Of a DNA stretch of 41,128 nucleotides, positions 1 through 7,846 are shown in pieces. This DNA is from Candidatus Elulimicrobium sp. (GTDB lineage: Bacteria; Patescibacteriota; Minisyncoccia; Moranbacterales; UBA9337). The translations under genes and the position numbers were made by a program. Where the stretch lies: positions 1-41,128 of the forward strand of contig DYKS01000002.1 of the NCBI GenBank assembly GCA_020722485.1, in the 5' to 3' direction. Each line of letters begins with the position of its first letter. Within the stretch, counting starts at the first letter, position 1. Below the pieces are notes generated by a model. It saw only the letters and a list, made by a program, of their open reading frames with translations. It made no database searches and was not told the origin of the DNA.

Positions 1-158
1 ATGAAAACATTCCGCGAAATAATTATTTTAAAATTTTAAGAAATGATCTTTGATTTCTTAAATTAACGTATCTACAAATATAAATTAGGCTAAACATTGG
101 AAAAAAATTTCAATACAAAACACTTCCTGTAAGATGAATATTATTTTATACTAAAACT

Positions 159-2315
159 ATGCTTGATCTAAGAACTCCAATTGAAAAATTCGCTCGCCTG
201 AAAACCAGCCAACAGAAAGCATTGGAAAAACTAGGCTTAAAAACAATACGCGATTTACTTTTTCATTTTCCGTTTCGTTATGAAAATTATTCTTTGATTT
301 CCCCCATCGCCGACATTTCCGCCGGAGAAGTTTTTACCGTAACGGGAAAAATAATAGACTTCTCCGTCCAAAGAACTTGGAAAAAAAGAATGTTGATAAC
401 GGAAGCGTTATTACAAGATGAAAGCGGCGCCGTGCGCGCTCTTTGGTTTGGACAAAAATTTTTGCAAACATCTTTAAAAATTGGAAAAGAAATTCGCCTT
501 TCGGGTAAATTATCCGCAGATGAAAAAGGTCTTTATTTTTCCAATCCCGCTTGGGAATTTTCCATGCGTCAATTCACTCATACCGGCCGTTTGGTTCCTG
601 TTTATCCAGAATCGGAAGGCATTACTTCCCGCTGGCTTCGCTGGCAATTAGAATTAATTTTTAAAAAAGGTTTTAGCATCCCCGATCCTTTGCCGGAAAA
701 AACTCGCGCGAAATTACATTTGCCAGAAATAAACTCCGCCTTGCGTCGAATTCATTTTCCTCAAACCGAATCTGATTACATAGTAGCACGCAAAAGATTT
801 GCTTTTGAAGAAATGTTAATTTTACAAATTAAATTTCTGCGCGTAAGAGCAAAATTAAAAAAAGAAAATTCCGCCACAATAAAATTTAATTCGCGATTAA
901 TTAAAAAATTTATTGGCGAACTTCCCTTTACGCCGACAAACGCTCAAAAAAAAGCCGCTTTTCAAATTTTGAAAGATTTAGAAAAACCACAACCAATGAA
1001 TCGTTTGCTAAACGGAGATGTCGGCTCCGGTAAAACTTTAGTAGCCGCTATTGCCGCTTTGCAAACTTCCGTCTCCGGTTTTCAAACAGTCATTTTAGCG
1101 CCAACCGAAGTTTTAGCGCGACAACACTTTGAAAGTTTTTGCGAGATTTTTAAAAATTACAATCTTAATATTGGATTGCTGACGAATTCATATAAGTTAA
1201 CCTGTCATTCTGAATTTACTTCAGAATCTCATAAAAAATCTTGGAAAATTCCCAAACAAGTTCAAAATGACAATAAAAAAAATACCAATATTATCAAAAC
1301 AACTCGTCCCAAATTATTAGAAGAAATAAAAAATGGAGATATTGACATCCTCATCGGCACGCACGCTATTATTCAAAAAGACGTTAAGTTTGAAAAATTA
1401 GCGTTAGTCGTTATTGACGAACAACATCGTTTCGGCGTTGCGCAACGCGCTTATCTTCAGCAAGAAACAGCGAAAATAAATGATGGCCTACCTAAAAAAA
1501 TCCCCCACTTATTAAGTATGACCGCCACTCCCATTCCTCGCACGTTGACAATGGCTTTCTTTGGCAACTTAGATGTTTCTTTTTTAGATGAAATGCCCAA
1601 AAATAGAAAACCAATCATCACTCGCCTAATTGCGCCAACAGAAAAAGAAAAAATTTATGCTTTTGTTCGCGATCAAATTAGAAAAGGTCGTCAAATATTT
1701 ATTATTCTCCCGCTAGTAGAAGAATCCAAATCGTTAGCGGAAGTAAAAGCGGCTATTTCCGAGCATAAAAGATTATCTGAAGAAATTTTTCCCGATTTAA
1801 AATTAGGACTTCTCCATGGAAAAATGAAACCGGCAGAAAAAGAAAAAGCGATGCAGGCTTTCTTGGAACACAAAACCGACATTTTGGTTTCTACCGCGGT
1901 AGTGGAAGTTGGTGTAGATGTTCCCAACGCGTCCGTAATGATTATTGAAGACGCTAATCGTTTTGGTCTTTCTCAGTTGCATCAATTTCGCGGACGCGTC
2001 GGACGAGGATTATTTCAATCTTATTGTTTTCTTTTCTCTTCTCAAATTACCGCGCGGCTAAAAATACTGGAAAAAAGCAATGATGGTTTTCAAATTGCCG
2101 AAAAAGATTTAGAATTGCGCGGTCCAGGAGAATTTTTAGGCACTCGTCAAAGCGGTTTACCTGACATAACGATGGAAAACATCGCCAACATTAAATTAAT
2201 TCAACTTTCCCGCCAAGAAGCACTAGAAATTTTGCGTGAAGATTTTTCCCTTACTAAATATCCTGTTCTCCGCGCGGTTTTAGAAAAAATAGAAATTAAA
2301 ATTCACTTAGAATAA
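159..2315 (+). CDS. recG: ATP-dependent DNA helicase RecG
   Basis: 718-aa ORF with an ATG start. Helicase motifs are GDVGSGKT (Walker A), LAPTEVLARQH, VIDEQHRFG (DEQH box), MTATPIPRT and QLHQFRGRVGRG. The N-terminal wedge/OB-like region is typical of RecG. It carries an extra ~30-aa segment between motifs Ia and II (see findings). Confidence 0.9.
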   Translation: MLDLRTPIEKFARLKTSQQKALEKLGLKTIRDLLFHFPFRYENYSLISPIADISAGEVFTVTGKIIDFSVQRTWKKRMLITEALLQDESGAVRALWFGQKFLQTSLKIGKEIRLSGKLSADEKGLYFSNPAWEFSMRQFTHTGRLVPVYPESEGITSRWLRWQLELIFKKGFSIPDPLPEKTRAKLHLPEINSALRRIHFPQTESDYIVARKRFAFEEMLILQIKFLRVRAKLKKENSATIKFNSRLIKKFIGELPFTPTNAQKKAAFQILKDLEKPQPMNRLLNGDVGSGKTLVAAIAALQTSVSGFQTVILAPTEVLARQHFESFCEIFKNYNLNIGLLTNSYKLTCHSEFTSESHKKSWKIPKQVQNDNKKNTNIIKTTRPKLLEEIKNGDIDILIGTHAIIQKDVKFEKLALVVIDEQHRFGVAQRAYLQQETAKINDGLPKKIPHLLSMTATPIPRTLTMAFFGNLDVSFLDEMPKNRKPIITRLIAPTEKEKIYAFVRDQIRKGRQIFIILPLVEESKSLAEVKAAISEHKRLSEEIFPDLKLGLLHGKMKPAEKEKAMQAFLEHKTDILVSTAVVEVGVDVPNASVMIIEDANRFGLSQLHQFRGRVGRGLFQSYCFLFSSQITARLKILEKSNDGFQIAEKDLELRGPGEFLGTRQSGLPDITMENIANIKLIQLSRQEALEILREDFSLTKYPVLRAVLEKIEIKIHLE
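1203..1272. repeat. In-frame copy of the MITE core (TGTCATTC-hairpin-GAATC ... TTCAAAATGACAATA) inside recG
   Basis: tgtcattc-tgaa-tttac-ttca-gaatc ... ttcaaaatgacaata has the same order and spacing of blocks as intergenic copy A (tgtcattc-ccgcg-aag-gcggg-gaatc ... ttcaaaat..aaaatgacaata). It coincides with the extra peptide CHSEFTSESHKKSWKIPKQVQNDNKK. Confidence 0.45.
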
Positions 2316-2320
2316 AAAGG

Positions 2321-2875
2321 TTAATCAACCCAAGAAAAACGCCACAAATAATGCTGACAATGTTTGGCATAATCAATACCGACTCGTTCAAGTTTTTTTA
2401 TCTGGGATTTTTCAATTTTAATTCCTTTTTCAATCCATAACTTTTCTTTTCTGGTTAAATTCCAATCGTTCAAACTCCGATCAATTTTTAATTCTCTACA
2501 AATTTTTCCCGGTCCGTCTAAAATAATCCCTTCTTCTTTTTCAGTATTTTTGTTTTTAATTTTCACGTCAACAAGTTTTCTAATCAAAACCGCGGCTGGA
2601 AAATTTTTTCTTTCTGTAACCACATTCAAGCAGTGATACATTCCATAAATCATATACACATAAGCGCGACCGGCTTCACCATACATTATTTCCGTTCGTG
2701 GCGTTCGGCCTCGGCTGGCATGACTGGCTAAATCATCCTCGCCCATATAAGCTTCAGTTTCCGCAATTATCCCGCGGATAATTTTTCCCCGATATTTTCT
2801 CACCAAAAAACAACCCAAAAGATCTTGAGCAACCTTTAAAGTATTTTTTTGATAAAAACTTTTATTCAAAACCAT
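2321..2875 (-). CDS. mpg: DNA-3-methyladenine glycosylase (Mpg/AAG family)
   Basis: Motifs AQDLLGCFLV, ETEAY..DDLASHA and GRAYVYMIYGMYHCLNVV are typical of the AAG/Mpg family. The track ORF extends to 2959, but the family-like N-terminus begins at the internal ATG at 2875 (MVLNKSFYQ...). Confidence 0.85.
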   Translation of the reverse strand: MVLNKSFYQKNTLKVAQDLLGCFLVRKYRGKIIRGIIAETEAYMGEDDLASHASRGRTPRTEIMYGEAGRAYVYMIYGMYHCLNVVTERKNFPAAVLIRKLVDVKIKNKNTEKEEGIILDGPGKICRELKIDRSLNDWNLTRKEKLWIEKGIKIEKSQIKKLERVGIDYAKHCQHYLWRFSWVD

Positions 2876-2965
2876 AAACAATGCGATATCGCAAATACCT
2901 GAAAAAAGATATAAAGAAAAATTTAAAAACAAAATTGAATATCTCTTAAAAATTCTCAATACTCT

Positions 2966-4126
2966 TTACATCCGCAACTTTCTTAATTTTACATTTTCAT
3001 ACAGCGAAAGCATTTTTTCCGCGTAAACCGAAGCGGTATATTTTTCTCTAGCAACTTTAGCCGCTTCTTTACTCATTCTTATTCTTAAGTTCTCATCTTT
3101 AATCAGACGCTCAATCGCCAGTGAAAATTCTTCCGGGTTTTCTTGAACCAAAAATCCGTTCTTTTTATTTTCTATCAAATCAACCGCTCCCGGAGCGGAA
3201 ACCGCCACAATCGGAAGACCAATGTACATCGCTTCAGTTATAACCATTCCCTGAGTTTCTGACAAAGAGCTGTAAACAAAAATATCTCCGGCGGCATAAT
3301 AATTTTTTAATTCCTCTCGAGAAACTAGTCCGGCAAAAATTATTCTGTCTTTCAAATTATTTTTTTCAACTATTTCTTCCAATTTTTCTTTAAAGTTTCC
3401 CTCTCCCGCTACTAAAAATTTTGTTCGGGAATTTTTTTTAAGCGCTAAAACAACACAACGAAACAAAAATTCTAGATTCTTTTCTTCTGTAAGACGCGAA
3501 ACCAAAAGAAGTAAAACCTCATCATCTTTTACAGAATATTTTTTTCTAATTTTTCCGCCATCGGCGTTTTTATAAATTTCTTCTTCAATACCAGTCAATA
3601 CCGCTTCAATATTCGTGTTATCCACTCCCCAGCCACGGATTATTTTTTCCACTGATGGAGTGGGAACAATAATCTGATCAGACTTATTAGCATAATTTAC
3701 CGCCTTCTTTATCATCCAACCGGCGGCAATTTTATCCGGAATCAGCGGAACAAAATGCGTGTAATGATCGTAAAGCGTATGCCAAGTAAAAACCAATGGG
3801 ATTTTCTTTCGACGCGCCCATTTGGCCGCCACCGTTCCTAAAAGATTAGGATGTTGAGAATGAATAATATCTAAATCTAAATTTTCCAAAATTTTATCCA
3901 TCTTTGAAGAATAAGGAATGGGCAAAGGAAATCTGATTTTGTATTGGATGTCCAGAGACGGATAACGAAAAACTTGAGGATTTTTATCTTGATAATCGGC
4001 ATAGTGGGGAGCAAAAATAAAAACGCGATTGCCTCGTTTTTCAAATTCTCGGCGGAAGCTTTCAATGGATCCCGTCACACCGTAAGGGTTAGGAAGATAA
4101 TTATTGGTAAAAACAGCAATGTTCAT
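2966..4126 (-). CDS. Glycosyltransferase, family 4 (GT-B fold)
   Basis: 386 aa. N-terminal MNIAVFTNNYLPNPYGVTGS, and a C-terminal GT1/GT4 signature (FVYSSLSETQGMVITEAMYIGLPIVA...G.LV), i.e. the E-x7-E type motif. Confidence 0.8.
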   Translation of the reverse strand: MNIAVFTNNYLPNPYGVTGSIESFRREFEKRGNRVFIFAPHYADYQDKNPQVFRYPSLDIQYKIRFPLPIPYSSKMDKILENLDLDIIHSQHPNLLGTVAAKWARRKKIPLVFTWHTLYDHYTHFVPLIPDKIAAGWMIKKAVNYANKSDQIIVPTPSVEKIIRGWGVDNTNIEAVLTGIEEEIYKNADGGKIRKKYSVKDDEVLLLLVSRLTEEKNLEFLFRCVVLALKKNSRTKFLVAGEGNFKEKLEEIVEKNNLKDRIIFAGLVSREELKNYYAAGDIFVYSSLSETQGMVITEAMYIGLPIVAVSAPGAVDLIENKKNGFLVQENPEEFSLAIERLIKDENLRIRMSKEAAKVAREKYTASVYAEKMLSLYENVKLRKLRM

Positions 4127-4188
4127 ATTTGATCTGATAGGTTTAGCATTAGGAATTTAAAATTTTGATTGAATTTTTATTTTTTAAC

Positions 4189-4372
4189 TGTTAGATTTCA
4201 CAGTGTTGTTTACATTTTCGGCTAATTATTTCCATTGTCATTCCCGCGAAGGCGGGAATCCAGTCTTTCTAACGCTTCAAAATTTTCTAAAATGACAATA
4301 TTTTTCACTAGTGTTTAAAAAAATTCCGAAATGATGTAAAGAGAAATGTAAATAACGCTAATTAAATTAACA
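4189..4372 (-). mobile_element. MITE-like intergenic repeat, copy A (short form)
   Basis: Imperfect terminal inverted repeats: left tgttagatttcacagtgttgtttacattttcgg, and the reverse complement of the right end tgttaatttaattagcgttatttacatttc..tcgg. The core is attgtcatt-cccgcgaaggcggg-aatcc ... aaaatgacaat. It is homologous to copies B, C and D. Ends are approximate. Confidence 0.6.
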
Positions 4373-4426
4373 TTTTAACATTCTAAGTTTTACTTATTCA
4401 CAACTCAAAAATTCAAAATTCACTTT

Positions 4427-5248
4427 TTAAATTTTATTTAAAAAGTTCAATATGTCTTCAAAAATATGCTCGTTGCGGACATCGGAAATAAAAGTGTGGT
4501 AAGCGCGCCGTAAATATCTCTTCTTCTTAATTTTTGATCCGATTTCAGAATAAATGCGTTCCATACTTTTTCTGCAAATGATGTGATCGCTGGAAGATTG
4601 GACCAAGAAACAAGGATTGAAAACCAACGCCAGATTTTCCCTGGATTTTTTGACGACTTCAAAGGCCTCCAAAGCGCTTCGGATGGGATAAGACTGATAA
4701 GAAATCAAACGAGTAATTAATGTCTTAGAACCAAAGGATGGCGGATAAAATTTGCGATTATATTTTTTAAATTTAACCAACGTTTTCGCGAAGAAAGTGA
4801 TAATTTTTTCCCAGCGAATTTTATAAGGAGTAGCCAAAAGAACCAGTCCGTCAATATCTTTTTTTTCTTGGGCCAGAAGCAAGGCAATATTAGAACCAAT
4901 AGAAGTTCCGCAAATAAAAACTTGCTGATGATTCTTTTTAAGTTTGTCATAAGCTTCACTGGCATCCTTCATCCATTTTTGCCAAGCAATATTTTCCAAA
5001 TCATTGGGCACAGTGCCGTGTCCGGAAAGCATCGGACCATAGGCCGTGTAGCCATTTTCATTAAGATATTTTCCCAACCGCCTTACTTCGTAAGGAACAG
5101 ATGACCAACCATGTAAAAGCAAAACCGCTTTTCCATTTTTACCATCAAAATAGAAAGGTTTGTTAAAAAGATGCTTCTCTTTGTAATAAAGTTTACGCGG
5201 ATCAGCAAACAAAATACTTTTGGTTTTTTGAAGTAATTTTCTAATCAC
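4427..5248 (-). CDS. Alpha/beta-fold hydrolase (carboxylesterase / lysophospholipase-like)
   Basis: 273 aa. Has LLLHGW..P..V..LG..L...GY....P.LSGHG and the nucleophile elbow GTSIGS (GxSxG), with a late D/H region. The apparent start is GTG. Confidence 0.7.
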   Translation of the reverse strand: MIRKLLQKTKSILFADPRKLYYKEKHLFNKPFYFDGKNGKAVLLLHGWSSVPYEVRRLGKYLNENGYTAYGPMLSGHGTVPNDLENIAWQKWMKDASEAYDKLKKNHQQVFICGTSIGSNIALLLAQEKKDIDGLVLLATPYKIRWEKIITFFAKTLVKFKKYNRKFYPPSFGSKTLITRLISYQSYPIRSALEAFEVVKKSRENLALVFNPCFLVQSSSDHIICRKSMERIYSEIGSKIKKKRYLRRAYHTFISDVRNEHIFEDILNFLNKI

Positions 5249-5375
5249 AATAAGATTCTAGCTTCTTTAAAACTTTTGAGCAAATAAAAAAGGATCTTCT
5301 ATTATTTTTCTTCATTTTTTATTTTTTGTAAAAGATCAATAAATTAAAAATAAACTAAATTAATTATTTTTTTAG

Positions 5376-5993
5376 TTATTTTGTGTAAGTAAAAGAATTA
5401 CTATTATTAAAAAGTTTTTTAGTTTCGTAAGATTTAAAAAGATTAATAATTATGAAAGTAATTATTACTAAACCGAAAACTATCCAACCGATCCAGTCGA
5501 TAAACTGACTAATTTCTCGCCAAAGGTAGCCATAAAAATAACCGACCGAAACCAAAGAACCGCTCCAAACAATTCCACCCAAAAAAGAAAAAAGGAGAAA
5601 TTTTTTTATGTTCATCCGCACTATTCCAGCTACCACGAAAGTCACTAAACATAATCCGGTAGTAGATTTCACTAAAAAAATAGTTTTGCCACCGTGATTA
5701 TTAAAATATCTTTCCATTTTCAAAATCCGCTTTTCCGTAATTCCAATATATTTCCCGATACCACGCGCGAAAGTCAGCCCCCATTTTCTGCCAATGGTAT
5801 AAAAACCGATATCGCCAATAATATCCCCCGCCATTGAAAGCATAAAAACAATAAAAACATTGAAAGCGCCCAATGATGCCAGCATTGCCGCTATCAATGT
5901 CATCACCGGTCCTTCAATAATCATCAAAGGAAACATTATCCAATATCCGTATTGGGAAAGAAATTCAAAAATTTGTTGTCCTGATATTTCCAT
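5376..5993 (-). CDS. DedA/SNARE-associated family membrane protein
   Basis: 205 aa, multi-TM, with the DedA-like pattern YGYW..F.....E.P......AG..A..G. Confidence 0.75.
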   Translation of the reverse strand: MEISGQQIFEFLSQYGYWIMFPLMIIEGPVMTLIAAMLASLGAFNVFIVFMLSMAGDIIGDIGFYTIGRKWGLTFARGIGKYIGITEKRILKMERYFNNHGGKTIFLVKSTTGLCLVTFVVAGIVRMNIKKFLLFSFLGGIVWSGSLVSVGYFYGYLWREISQFIDWIGWIVFGLVIITFIIINLFKSYETKKLFNNSNSFTYTK

Positions 5994-6109
5994 AAAATTA
6001 ATTCTAACCTAAAATTAAAAAACCCGCTAGGTTTTGGCAAGTTTTTCTTAATATTTTTATATTCTAAAGCTCGAATTTTTTAAAAAAATTTTCAAAGAAA
6101 GTTTTTTCT

Positions 6110-6184
6110 TGGTAGCCCGTAGGGGAATCGGACCCCTGTTGCCAGGATGAAAACCTGGTGTCCTAACCATTAGACGAACGGGCC
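6110..6184 (-). tRNA. tRNA-Glu (anticodon UUC), CCA encoded
   Basis: Hand-folded cloverleaf: acceptor GGCCCGT/ACGGGCT, anticodon stem CCAGG/CCTGG, loop TTTTCAT, T stem AGGGG/CCCCT, 3' ACCA. 75 nt. Confidence 0.9.
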
Positions 6185-6266
6185 AATGGTAAATCAATCA
6201 CGATGAAACAAAAATAATAATACCATAAACTTAATTTTTAATCAAGACGCGATAAAATTATTTGTT

Positions 6267-6470
6267 TTAATTCTTTTTGACTCGGCGCGCCAAAGTTCCC
6301 ACCGTTTCTTTATTTTTAGTCAAAGAATACAAGTAAAAATAGAGTTTCTTTTGATAACGTTGCGCCAATTTTCTAAAAAAATCCTTGTCGCGAGTCAAAA
6401 TTATCCTCGTGATTTCTTCATCCGTTTTAATATTTGGTTTTTCCCCCGTCAAGCGGTTTAATAATTTCAT
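6267..6470 (-). CDS. Small ORF resembling only the N-terminal region 2 of a sigma-70/ECF-type sigma factor (possible gene remnant)
   Basis: 67 aa. DEEITRIILTRDKDFFRKLAQRYQKKLYFYLYSLTKNKE looks like sigma region 2.1-2.2 (..RYQKKLY.Y...L..N.E). It stops about 80 nt before tRNA-Glu, and no regions 3/4 are present. Confidence 0.4.
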   Translation of the reverse strand: MKLLNRLTGEKPNIKTDEEITRIILTRDKDFFRKLAQRYQKKLYFYLYSLTKNKETVGTLARRVKKN

Positions 6471-6554
6471 AATTGAAATTGGATGAATAAATATTGACTT
6501 TATTCAGAGTTCAATATTACTATTAAAAACAAATACTAACAAGTGGAAAATACG

Positions 6555-7715
6555 ATGATTATTTTAGCCATAGAAACTTCTTGCGATGAAACGGCGACTG
6601 CTCTGCTGAAAGCTGAAAATAAAAAAATGGCGTTGCTTTCTAATATCGTTTCTTCTCAAATAAAATTACATGCCCGTTGGGGCGGTGTAGTTCCCAACTT
6701 GGCGGCGCGGGAACATTTAAAAAATATTCAACCAGTAATTACTCGGGCTTTTCGCAACGCCAAAATAAATCCTGATCAAATTGATCTCATCGCCGTTACC
6801 AATGGTCCGGGACTAATTCCATCGCTTCTCATCGGAACCGCCGCCGCTCAAACCCTTTCTTTCCTTTGGAAAAAACCGCTTATTGGCATTCACCATATTG
6901 AAGGACACATTTACGCCAATTTTATTAAAGATGAAACTGGCGTAAATCTCAAATCTCAATTTTCAATTTCTAAAAAAATTTATAACTCCGACATAAAATT
7001 TCCGATTCTATGCCTCGTTGTTTCCGGCGGACACACGCAATTGGTTTTAATGAAAAAACATTTGCGCTATGAAATAATCGGGCAAACTTTGGATGATGCC
7101 GCCGGAGAAGCTTTTGACAAAGTGGCGCGTATCTTGGGATTAAGTTATCCGGGAGGACCAGCTATCGCGGCTAAAGCGGCAAAATTTAAAAAATTAAATT
7201 TTATTAAAAATTCAAAATTAAAAATCCAAAATTATATTTCTCTCCCCCGCCCAATGATAAATTCCGGCGATTTTAATTTTTCTTTTTCCGGATTAAAAAC
7301 CGCTGTCTTGTATAAAGTCAAAGAATTTCAGAAACTTCTTTCCGAAAAAAAATTGTCATCCGATGACTACGATTTTCTAATTACCGGCATTGCCTCCGAA
7401 TTTCAACAAGCAGTTATTGATGTTTTAGTTTCTAAAACAATAAAATCCGCCACTAAATATCAAGTTAAAACAATTATGTTGGCTGGCGGCGTTAGCGCCA
7501 ATCAAGAACTGCGAAAGCAAATGAATTTAAAGATAAAAAATAATCTTTCTGATTCAAAATTTATAACTCCAAATCCTAAATTTTGTATTGATAACGCCGC
7601 GATGATCGCTTCCGCCGCTTATTTTCGTTGGAAAAATATGAGTTCGGCGCAAAGAAAGAAAACATTTCAAAATTGGAAACATCTTTCAACCGACGCCAAT
7701 TTGAAACTTTCCTAA
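6555..7715 (+). CDS. tsaD: tRNA N6-adenosine threonylcarbamoyltransferase TsaD
   Basis: Motifs ILAIETSCDETA, GVVPNLAAREH, HHIEGH, VSGGHTQL, DDAAGEAFDKVAR and GGPAI. The ATG at 6555 is preferred over the GTG at 6543. Confidence 0.9.
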   Translation: MIILAIETSCDETATALLKAENKKMALLSNIVSSQIKLHARWGGVVPNLAAREHLKNIQPVITRAFRNAKINPDQIDLIAVTNGPGLIPSLLIGTAAAQTLSFLWKKPLIGIHHIEGHIYANFIKDETGVNLKSQFSISKKIYNSDIKFPILCLVVSGGHTQLVLMKKHLRYEIIGQTLDDAAGEAFDKVARILGLSYPGGPAIAAKAAKFKKLNFIKNSKLKIQNYISLPRPMINSGDFNFSFSGLKTAVLYKVKEFQKLLSEKKLSSDDYDFLITGIASEFQQAVIDVLVSKTIKSATKYQVKTIMLAGGVSANQELRKQMNLKIKNNLSDSKFITPNPKFCIDNAAMIASAAYFRWKNMSSAQRKKTFQNWKHLSTDANLKLS

Positions 7716-7846
7716 TTTATTCTTAACCAAAAGCTATTCAAAAACAATTTCGTTTTTTTATTGAAAAATCTCTCCTTTGTTGTTAAACTGTTGTTATAAA
7801 ACAAATATTGATTTATTAATTACAATTGGCAATCGCTAAAATAGTT

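Noticed and set aside
1-158. A 12-codon ORF at the very start of the window (atgaaaacattccgcgaaataattattttaaaattttaa).
   Set aside because: It is too short and has no supporting features. It is most likely the 3' end or intergenic tail of whatever lies upstream of the window.
4236-4262. Whether the recurring GC-rich hairpins (cattcccgcg...gcgggaatcc) might be CRISPR repeats.
   Set aside because: The copies are 6-12 kb apart and occur in both orientations. Each is embedded in a longer, collinear, non-identical repeat, there is no regular repeat-spacer periodicity, and no cas genes are present.
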